Source: a virus
Lineage: Duplodnaviria; Caudoviricetes
Direction: 5' to 3' (one strand)
Virus record (IMG/VR): IMGVR_UViG_3300020577_003313
Length of the DNA stretch: 64,000 bases
The stretch's first letter is position 1; each line of letters starts with the position of its first letter. The notes beneath the pieces were generated by a model. It saw only the letters and a list, made by a program, of their open reading frames with translations, was not told the origin of the DNA and did no database searches. Shown one piece after another: positions 55,931-64,000 of the stretch. The position numbers and the translations under genes were made by a program.

Positions 55931-58386
55931 TGCCATTCAAGAACATATCTGACCACGCTCCTACAGGAGTGAGCCACACAAAAGTATCTAGCAATAGCTA
56001 TGATCCAGTCTACGGGAGAAACACTCCATACCCATACAGATTCTCTGTGTATGTAAACAAAATTCCAGAGACGGACGGATCACAGTCTGTAGTTGAATAT
56101 AGAATTCCTGGAGATTTAGTCGGCAATAGACTTTACTTGTGGCATAGACCTCTAACCACAGCCGCTGGTACTGTAACTAGTATCACGGTTTCAAATGGTA
56201 CACTAGATACTACAGCGACTAACGCTAAGCAAGGTTATATAGTTTTCTCTACACTGCCTACTGTAAACTTTACAGTATCTTATGTAGCTGCTCCGGACTG
56301 CATTAGTGCAGTCCACATCAATTCATTGCAAGACGATGTGATGGAGCTTCAGAAGTCGGTCGGACCGGCGAACCTAACAGGATGGCCTGGATTAAAGAAT
56401 CTTAGCTACGGTATTTTTGATACTCCTGTTGATGCCAACCTGACTGGTGTAGCAACTAGATCTGTATACCTTTCTCACCTAAACCAAAATATTGTCATTG
56501 GCTCAACCAATGATGCATCTTTAGTCGCAAGCTTAGGCACTCAGCACAATATCCAGTTAGGTCGCGCAACTGACTCCTTGACTGTAGATGTTACTGGGTT
56601 AACTATAACCCAGAGCAATGCGCTTTACTCAACTAGAATACAGCTAGGAACGAGAACTGGAGATAACCTAACATATAAGGGAACTCTTTCTGGGGCAGGA
56701 CCTCTTATTGTCGGCGGACCTGAATGGTCAATTTACTCTGGAGTTGTATTCAGTACAGCACTAACTGGTAGCTTCTATAGTGGTTCAATGCTTCGTATTC
56801 ATGGCGATGCCTCATTCATGGGTAACGTCAAGGCATACGGAAACATAACGATTGTTAATACAACAGGAACCACGTCAACAGTAATGGGTGACTGGACTGT
56901 AAGAGATGAACTATTCGTAGATGGCGCGACTCATTTAAATGGAGACACAGACACTAACAGACTAGAGGTTAACAACCACCTCTATGTAGACGGCAACATT
57001 ATACTAAATAACCAGATTGGTTCCAGCAATGGCCAGTCTTTAGTAGATAACCTAGACCCGTCTGAAATAGCTGTAAGCTATAAAACTGTAACTAAGAAAA
57101 GACTTCCATATTCAGTAGTAGACGGATGCTTTAACTTATCTCAAGTCAGTCCTAAACTGACGGCATATTCTCCGTTCTATTCTCTGAGCGGTAATAAATT
57201 AGCTGGCGATCTCTTTACCATAACTGGTAAAGTAAATGCTGCTTCTGGTCCTTCTGGAGAACACCCAAACGTCATCCAGCTAAATCTAAACAGCAAGATA
57301 GTTTCTGGAACTTATATAGGCACTACTGGAACTTTAGATGGAGTTTGGTGCCCTGGATTAATGAATCCAGGAGATATGTGGATCTATATCACACAAGGTC
57401 AGGCTGCTGGATTTAACGCTCCTATCTACGGCTATACTTTCCAAACCGGAAACTTACAGTACTGCCTAGGTCTGAACGTTATGGTTCCTGAACTAGTTGA
57501 GCCAAGACCTACTACAAACGATGTAGCCCTAATCTACAATCCCAATAACATACCTTATAACTTCGTAGGAGCAGCCGGTGGAGCTTCTCCTACTTTCCAA
57601 GTTTCTGGTTCTGCTACGTTCCCATTCAAGGTAGCGTTTGATGACGAAGTCAGAGTAATGACTTCTAATACCGCTAATATTTCACTATCGACTGCATTGT
57701 CCAGATCTATATCCGGACAGCCAGGAACTGTGCAAACTGGTATAGCTTATATCTTTGCAGCACTTACTGGAACGGATCCAGAGAATCCGCCAATGTTCAA
57801 AGCAAGACCAGTTCCTTTCAGAATGCCTGGAGAAACTGTCATAGGAGAAGTAGTTGCTTCCTGGAACGGAAGCTCATGGTCTGTACTAGATACTGTATCC
57901 TATAGACCAGGCGGAGTGTACGATTCTTGCTGGATGCCAATCCTTGGCTCAGTAGGAGTAACTCAGCATTCTGGTAGATTCATTCCTCAGTTAGCTACAA
58001 CTGGTAATCCAGTAAACATTTACTTCCAGCATCAACTAGGTCCAGATTTAAACCTATCTATGTCTAACATAGATCTGTATCTAGGTAAGTTCTCTACAAC
58101 GGGAATCAACACTGGATTCAGTGCGACAGTAACTGATCTATTCTCCTTTGCGGGAATGGACAGTAGAGCAGGATTTGGTAATGGAGGGTTCTTAAGAGTA
58201 CCGCTTAACGGAGCTAGAACAAGCGCGTCTAGCTCTGCTAGAGATGCTTCTATCTTCTACTTGGATGGTAAGCTAATAGGTCTACAGCTTACTCCAGGAC
58301 TTATAGACGGAATACAAACTGGATCAGGATCCTCCGTTGGTCCGACGTTTGATCATCTTAGACTAGTAATGAGAAGAGATGTCTGA
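55930..58386 (+). CDS. tail fibre/spike-like protein
   Basis: ISAVHINSLQDDVMELQKSVG trimer motif; beta-repeat stretch LRIHGDASFMGNVKAYGNITI...LYVDGNI. Confidence 0.65.
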   Translation: MPFKNISDHAPTGVSHTKVSSNSYDPVYGRNTPYPYRFSVYVNKIPETDGSQSVVEYRIPGDLVGNRLYLWHRPLTTAAGTVTSITVSNGTLDTTATNAKQGYIVFSTLPTVNFTVSYVAAPDCISAVHINSLQDDVMELQKSVGPANLTGWPGLKNLSYGIFDTPVDANLTGVATRSVYLSHLNQNIVIGSTNDASLVASLGTQHNIQLGRATDSLTVDVTGLTITQSNALYSTRIQLGTRTGDNLTYKGTLSGAGPLIVGGPEWSIYSGVVFSTALTGSFYSGSMLRIHGDASFMGNVKAYGNITIVNTTGTTSTVMGDWTVRDELFVDGATHLNGDTDTNRLEVNNHLYVDGNIILNNQIGSSNGQSLVDNLDPSEIAVSYKTVTKKRLPYSVVDGCFNLSQVSPKLTAYSPFYSLSGNKLAGDLFTITGKVNAASGPSGEHPNVIQLNLNSKIVSGTYIGTTGTLDGVWCPGLMNPGDMWIYITQGQAAGFNAPIYGYTFQTGNLQYCLGLNVMVPELVEPRPTTNDVALIYNPNNIPYNFVGAAGGASPTFQVSGSATFPFKVAFDDEVRVMTSNTANISLSTALSRSISGQPGTVQTGIAYIFAALTGTDPENPPMFKARPVPFRMPGETVIGEVVASWNGSSWSVLDTVSYRPGGVYDSCWMPILGSVGVTQHSGRFIPQLATTGNPVNIYFQHQLGPDLNLSMSNIDLYLGKFSTTGINTGFSATVTDLFSFAGMDSRAGFGNGGFLRVPLNGARTSASSSARDASIFYLDGKLIGLQLTPGLIDGIQTGSGSSVGPTFDHLRLVMRRDV

Positions 58387-58389
58387 TAA

Positions 58390-60984
58390 ATGTCAATACC
58401 AAATTGTGCAGGTAGATTTCCGCCGCTTTGCTCTACTTCGTTACCAGAAGTAACGAACTATGACTATGAAACAAATCCCTCTACAAGAGGGATAGAAGAT
58501 AGAAATTTTCGCTGGCAAGAAGTTTTCGTAGAAGCAAATTGGCTCTTCCTAGAGGCCACGGCCAGTGGCCAATTAGAGTATTCTCCATTGTCGGCCACGC
58601 TGACGGGACAATCTGGCCAACTAACAATTACCTACCCAACTACTTCCTACACAGGCTTTAGTGGTTGGATTTTAACCGGGGGCTATACTACACTAGTAGG
58701 GTACTCTGGTTCCTATTTCTATTCCGGAAATCTAACTGGCTATACAGGCCAAGGTTTCTGGGCCAATCCAATTGAAGGAAACCAATCAGTAGGTCTGTGG
58801 TGTAACAGTTCTAATATACCCAAGATACAGTCGCACGACCTTCTAAACAATCCTTCTGGAGTTCAGAATAACCAAAGTCACCAAGTATATCTACAGGCTT
58901 ATGCAAATAAATACACTGGAGCTACGCCAAGGCTGAAGGCTTATGTTCAAGCATTCACAGGATCCACCACGCTAGGCTATTATGATCCAATCAGCAAGCA
59001 CTGGTCTCTCACTTTACCTACTGGATCATTCTCTGTCTCTACAAGTACCTACACGGAAATCAAATACACATTCTCTCCGGCGAGCTTGCCATTTGCTAAT
59101 CCAACAAGCTATAAGCTGGTAGTAGAGAACATTGTCACTGGGTCATTTGTGACTGTAGATGATTTGCATGTTGATCAATACCTAGAGAAAGATCCGTTCA
59201 TGGATTACATTATCCCAACAGGATACATGATCCAAATCAGCCCGGACTTAGGATGGCATAATCCTGTTGCTCTTTTCGAGAGCAATAGCCAGGGACTACA
59301 GAATCCTTACATAAAAACACTAGGTCCATACTTAGTCGATTACGGTAATTTAGCTGATAATCTAGATACCTCAGTTACAGCAACTATAGACTCTGGAGAC
59401 TTCGCGTCTTCTGTCGTGTCTTCTTATGGTAAATATCTTTGGAGAGCCATACCAATATCACCAAACGGTGATATAGGTAAGGGAGGAATGCCAGAGAAAT
59501 TTGAGTACATCGGTTCTAGAATAGAGAAAGAATTTGAAGTTCTAGAAGTTAGAGAAGACCCTGCTTCTCCTATCAAGATTATTACAGGTAAGAGAACTAA
59601 TAGAATTAGGGTTTTAGTTAACAGTATAGAGAATCATCCAGCCCTAGAGTATCCAAGTGATAACACTTGGAAGCTCTCTTATTATGTCGGAGGAGCTAAG
59701 GAAGTTATTTACTTGCAAGGTAAAGACAAGGGCGGAGCGTTAACTACTAAACGTTACATTGAGCTTTCAAATGAAAGCCACGAGCTTGCGTCACAAGCTG
59801 TTTGGAACGTTTTTGATGAGCACGGATTGCTTCTAGATCTTAAGAGACTACCAGGCGAAAGCAACATCTCTTACAAGAAGAGATTAATGGATGTCACCAA
59901 GAATAGAGGCGGGGCTTCTTATCAGGGAGTAGCCAATAGCTCTACTAGAGAAATAGGATTAAAGAAGATAGAAGATGGCATAGTTCTTTCTATGCCTAAG
60001 AACTCAACAAACACAAGTCTTAATAAGATACTTAGTGTAGAGTTTGGATCAGCTAGCTTTAATATAAGAACACCTGAGATGATTATCTCAGAAACTGTAT
60101 ATGTAGATCCAGTTTATGGAACAGCTAGTTTGTCTAAAAAGATAATAGAGAACCCTGTATTCGCTGTAACTACTGACGGAATACAAGTTCCACTCACAAG
60201 CTGCTCTGTATATATTGACGAGGACCATCCCTCTCTCAGTCAAATATTTGTAGATCACGATACTGCTTGTGGTAAGTACATAACTGTTACATATAAGTAT
60301 TCTGAGCAGCTAACATATAAAGATTACCCAACACTAGCCGAGCTAGTTACTGCTATTGACGGGCTAACGGATCATGCTGGAAATAAACTAGTAGACGTTA
60401 CTCTGAGCATGCAATTAAGTGGCAACGAAGATTGCCTAGGACTCTTTATTATCTCCGGAGGAGTAACAGGCACTAATTCTCTATCCGTAGCTTGGACTCC
60501 AATCAAGCTTAGAAGAATATCCGATAAGGCTTTCAGAGAATACTTTGAAACAGAAGACCATACATTCAGAGAAACAAGATTCCAAGAATATGTAAGTGAG
60601 CTTATTTCTAATTCCAGAACACTCTGGGGAAATATAGAAGCCGACAGAGACTACTGGGATGCAGTAGATTCTACTGTAGATTCCTTTGACTATCTACCGA
60701 CTGTATTTGACCCAGACATTGCAAGATTCTACCTAAGCGGAGAGAATCAATATATTGATAGTATCAGGGCATGGGGTAGATCTTTTGTCGGAGACAACAA
60801 GGAAATCATGTTTAACAATGGCCTAGAACATACTCTATTCCATCCGGGCGTGGCTCATACTAATGATCTTATGCCAGACATTCATGCTACATACTTAAAA
60901 TCTATTGATCCAACGGCTCAAAGAACTAACATATCCGTAGAAATGAATGACAATAATATAGTCCTCTTCTCAGGTCAACGCTAG
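58390..60984 (+). CDS. baseplate wedge (P2 gpI-like motif) with N-terminal CBM-like domain
   Basis: FDEHGLLLDLKRLPGESNISYKKRL motif; N-terminal [ST]G-rich segment. Confidence 0.6.
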   Translation: MSIPNCAGRFPPLCSTSLPEVTNYDYETNPSTRGIEDRNFRWQEVFVEANWLFLEATASGQLEYSPLSATLTGQSGQLTITYPTTSYTGFSGWILTGGYTTLVGYSGSYFYSGNLTGYTGQGFWANPIEGNQSVGLWCNSSNIPKIQSHDLLNNPSGVQNNQSHQVYLQAYANKYTGATPRLKAYVQAFTGSTTLGYYDPISKHWSLTLPTGSFSVSTSTYTEIKYTFSPASLPFANPTSYKLVVENIVTGSFVTVDDLHVDQYLEKDPFMDYIIPTGYMIQISPDLGWHNPVALFESNSQGLQNPYIKTLGPYLVDYGNLADNLDTSVTATIDSGDFASSVVSSYGKYLWRAIPISPNGDIGKGGMPEKFEYIGSRIEKEFEVLEVREDPASPIKIITGKRTNRIRVLVNSIENHPALEYPSDNTWKLSYYVGGAKEVIYLQGKDKGGALTTKRYIELSNESHELASQAVWNVFDEHGLLLDLKRLPGESNISYKKRLMDVTKNRGGASYQGVANSSTREIGLKKIEDGIVLSMPKNSTNTSLNKILSVEFGSASFNIRTPEMIISETVYVDPVYGTASLSKKIIENPVFAVTTDGIQVPLTSCSVYIDEDHPSLSQIFVDHDTACGKYITVTYKYSEQLTYKDYPTLAELVTAIDGLTDHAGNKLVDVTLSMQLSGNEDCLGLFIISGGVTGTNSLSVAWTPIKLRRISDKAFREYFETEDHTFRETRFQEYVSELISNSRTLWGNIEADRDYWDAVDSTVDSFDYLPTVFDPDIARFYLSGENQYIDSIRAWGRSFVGDNKEIMFNNGLEHTLFHPGVAHTNDLMPDIHATYLKSIDPTAQRTNISVEMNDNNIVLFSGQR

Positions 60985-63900
60985 TGGTCACATATATCTA
61001 CAATGTCAGTCAGTCTGGAAACTACACGACTATCCAGCACGCGATAAATAATATACAAAGTGAGCTCGTATTAGAGACTCCTACTCAAGACATTGTAATT
61101 AATGTAGATGATGGAGCATACCCTGGATTCAGAATCCCAGACGGCGCTCTGTTCCCACTGATGGGAACTGTGTTCAGGCTGATCATTAGATCAGCCGGTA
61201 ATTTCTTTCCTATCATAGACTTCAATGAATCTACAGAAGATTACTATGTGGGAGCAGACATTGGAACCTCTAACCCCAATGTAACTATAGAGAAGCTCAG
61301 ATTTCAATTTTTTGCGGTAGGTGTTAGAGCATCACTAAACTGTCACAACCTAAAGATTTCTAAATGTATTGTAGCGAACAATAGAAACTGCGGGATACTA
61401 GTTGACCAGTGCGATAACATTCAAGTACTTCAGAATATAGTCACTAACGGTGACTTTGGCATAGTCACAAGACTATGCAAGAACATAGCTCTAATACACA
61501 ACAGCGTCTTTCTGAACGGATCAATCTCTACTACAGTAGGCAAAGCAACTTCAGCCATATGGTGTCAGTTAGCTAAAGACTACGGAAGAAGTGAAAAAGG
61601 AAAGCTATACCTGGTAGGAAATATAGCTTGGAACTTAATAGGTTCTACCTTGTCCCTATTCATAGACGATGTAGAATCGGTGGATACCGTCTATTCTAAC
61701 TACAATGACTTCGTTGTAGGCAACAAAGATAAATTCATATCCTTAGAAGACTCTTCTTTTTATGCTGGGGCTAATGCTAAACCAAGAAGATACTATAAGA
61801 CTTTGTCTGAATGGAAACCTCTTGGCTATGACAGCAACTCTATTTCAGAAGATCCAAAGTTCTTTGTTCCTCTCAAAGTCTCTAGCTCTACTAGAAAAAA
61901 TGCGATAGATCTTAATCTGTTAACGATTAGTCCATGTCTAGGAAAAGTTCCTAACTTTTCTAGGAACACAGCAGCAGCAGCTTTATGGCTGCCTTCCTAT
62001 GTAGATAGTGCAGACTTAGATACAGACATTCTAGGTAACTCTAGATCTCAGTACCTAACTGCAATAGGAGCTAATGAAAAAGAATCAAACTCAGGGTTCT
62101 TCGGTCAAGATATCCTTAGCATTCCAATAGAGGACTTAACTGCTTCTTCGTGTGGAGTAGATCCTCTATTTGATGTAATCCAAAGAAAACTTGACCTTTG
62201 GTATCCAAAGTATAAGGCTGGGTATTTCTATAGCTACGATAGATCTTTCTATCTCTATTCAAGAAAAAAGTGCGTAACTCTTGGATACCTATCTAGAACT
62301 GAATTTATTCTTCCTTCCAGAGTAGATATACATAAGCCTGTTGTTCTAAAAGTGAACGGACTGGATGTGACCAACCCTAATTACTACGACGTAATAAGCA
62401 ACACATTTGTACTCTACCATTTAAACCTACCAATAAACAGTTTAAACGAAGAGATAGAAATCAGCTATTCTGTATCTAGTTGGTCTGATAATGGGTTCAT
62501 TAGTACACCAACTTATGTAAGATTTAAGATCAGCGAAGGCAAGACTAGATTCTTCTTAGAATCTGACTACGTAGCTAAGGGTCCTGTTGTAATAACAGAT
62601 GACTTCGCAAGTCCCACGGATAAAGATCTTTATTCAAATAAAGAGTTCTCAATTGATTGGGACTACGATGTACAAAGAGCGGAAATAAAGTTTGCTCAAA
62701 ACTCTAATAAGGTAATAAACAGTCAATTTGACTATTCTCAATCTGGTATATATCCTCTATACTGGAGCACTACTGGTTCATCTATAACTACTGGTACACA
62801 TCTTTTGTACCCAGTTTGTGGATCTTTTATGTGCTCTCTTGAGCACAACGGATATATTGAACAGCAGCTTCCAGCACATTCTGGGGAAGCTACTTTAAGT
62901 TTTTATGCGGCAAGAACTGGAGATAGCTCTAGAGTTTCTTATGCTTTATCTTTCTATGACTCCTTCAACAGAGACTTAGGTTATGTAGTGACAGGATCCT
63001 TAGATCCTGGATTAACTTGGAATAGATATTACGTGACCCTAGGAACTACAGGTTCGACTATAAATCAAACCTCTCCAGATGATTACCCGCACGCATATCT
63101 ACAGCACTTTCCAGTTCCTGAAAATGCTAGCAAAATGCTAGCAAGATTTACTTCGTCTGGACTTAGTATGCTAGACGCCGTGCAGTATGAATATGCTTCA
63201 ACTCCTTCTTCCTATCACAGAAGAAATCTACTGGGCGAGTTTACAGTAGAATATGAAACAAGTGACGATGAATATTTTGTAGACTACAACAGAGCAATGG
63301 CTTCTTCTATGTCTACTGTTAATGATGGATTCCTATACATCCCGGAGATCCCGGCATCGGCATATGGCGGACCTATATCTCCTTCTATTACTACATTCTA
63401 TGAGTGGAGATGGAGAGATGGCAGAACCAATTATATTCCATGGGCTAGACTTTATGGTAAAGACAAGTTAAGATTTAGAACTATATTCCACCAGTATCCT
63501 CAACCTAGACCTCCGGTCTCTACTCCTGTTCTCTTTACTCCAAGTGTAAAGGCAATAGACATCATTCCGTCTGCGCCTATTGTACTACAGGGCAGCGAAG
63601 ATCCGGTTCAGATTAATGTTGTAATCACAGACGAAGATAACAACCCATTTACAAATGCGAGCTGCAACCTTATTGTAAGTGACTACCAAGGGGAATACCC
63701 AGGACTCTTGCATAAGAAACTGTATGGAACTAAGGAACAGCTAGGTCAGGCAATATATGGTAAAACGAATAGTGCAGGTTCAGTAGTCACTTACTGGCTA
63801 CCACCTGATAAGGTGGATTGCTTAATAAGCACAACTACTCCTATACCATCTTCGTTCTCAGAGAATGGACAAAAAATGTCTTACATTAAGACCAAGTATC

Positions 63901-64000
63901 CAGTTAATCTAGATTACTTTGGTAATGTAATTATTCTCGACGAATCTGGTAATAAATTGCCGGTCAATTCCACTGTGGTAGAAAAGAATGTATTCTCTAC
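60984..64000 (+). CDS. beta-helix (pectin-lyase-like) tail appendage, >1000 aa, truncated by the window end
   Basis: Hand translation from GTG 60984 (TAGTG coupling): GNYTTIQHAIN...VDDGAY...NVTIEKL...ISKCIVANNRNCGILV; the same frame reads cleanly at the window end; absent from the ORF track, consistent with no stop. Confidence 0.8.
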   Translation, partial: MVTYIYNVSQSGNYTTIQHAINNIQSELVLETPTQDIVINVDDGAYPGFRIPDGALFPLMGTVFRLIIRSAGNFFPIIDFNESTEDYYVGADIGTSNPNVTIEKLRFQFFAVGVRASLNCHNLKISKCIVANNRNCGILVDQCDNIQVLQNIVTNGDFGIVTRLCKNIALIHNSVFLNGSISTTVGKATSAIWCQLAKDYGRSEKGKLYLVGNIAWNLIGSTLSLFIDDVESVDTVYSNYNDFVVGNKDKFISLEDSSFYAGANAKPRRYYKTLSEWKPLGYDSNSISEDPKFFVPLKVSSSTRKNAIDLNLLTISPCLGKVPNFSRNTAAAALWLPSYVDSADLDTDILGNSRSQYLTAIGANEKESNSGFFGQDILSIPIEDLTASSCGVDPLFDVIQRKLDLWYPKYKAGYFYSYDRSFYLYSRKKCVTLGYLSRTEFILPSRVDIHKPVVLKVNGLDVTNPNYYDVISNTFVLYHLNLPINSLNEEIEISYSVSSWSDNGFISTPTYVRFKISEGKTRFFLESDYVAKGPVVITDDFASPTDKDLYSNKEFSIDWDYDVQRAEIKFAQNSNKVINSQFDYSQSGIYPLYWSTTGSSITTGTHLLYPVCGSFMCSLEHNGYIEQQLPAHSGEATLSFYAARTGDSSRVSYALSFYDSFNRDLGYVVTGSLDPGLTWNRYYVTLGTTGSTINQTSPDDYPHAYLQHFPVPENASKMLARFTSSGLSMLDAVQYEYASTPSSYHRRNLLGEFTVEYETSDDEYFVDYNRAMASSMSTVNDGFLYIPEIPASAYGGPISPSITTFYEWRWRDGRTNYIPWARLYGKDKLRFRTIFHQYPQPRPPVSTPVLFTPSVKAIDIIPSAPIVLQGSEDPVQINVVITDEDNNPFTNASCNLIVSDYQGEYPGLLHKKLYGTKEQLGQAIYGKTNSAGSVVTYWLPPDKVDCLISTTTPIPSSFSENGQKMSYIKTKYPVNLDYFGNVIILDESGNKLPVNSTVVEKNVFS

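Noticed and set aside
1188-64000. Stop-codon reassignment suggested by the abundance of TAG trinucleotides
   Set aside because: Genes are full length in the standard code, and TAG ends genes at coupled junctions (6086, 35226, 60984)
1-64000. CRISPR array, tRNA or rRNA genes, transposases, reverse transcriptase/DGR
   Set aside because: No spaced direct repeats, cloverleafs or relevant protein motifs seen; intergenic space is minimal

Overview
The window is part of a large contractile-tailed (myovirus-like) phage genome. Positions 1-~1020 hold four small, GC-rich (~58% in sampled lines) minus-strand genes. A C11/A-tract junction at ~1080-1140 separates them from a ~63 kb, ~40% GC, plus-strand morphogenesis operon. 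In order it encodes: Cys-rich paralogues, a candidate TerS, basic Gly/Ala-rich proteins, a DEDD exonuclease, TerL, portal, prohead protease/scaffold, decoration protein, major capsid, a 1717-aa glycan-lyase-like appendage, neck proteins, sheath, three tube paralogues, two chaperone paralogues, tape measure, baseplate hub/wedge and several glycan-binding or glycan-degrading tail appendages (the last runs off the window). Strongest finding: the 1532-aa gene coupled directly behind the tape measure (35226-39824) carries, in the correct order, recognisable counterparts of RNA polymerase beta and beta' double-psi-barrel motifs, including a variant catalytic loop HPIAQRMLERDNDMDKLFLH. It is a candidate single-chain virion RNA polymerase. 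Other leads: a GC-rich four-hairpin ncRNA candidate (21835-21976), strong CTAG over-representation, a recurrent [S/T]G motif in surface virion proteins, and two possible recoding sites. All assignments come from motif recognition by eye; no searches were run.
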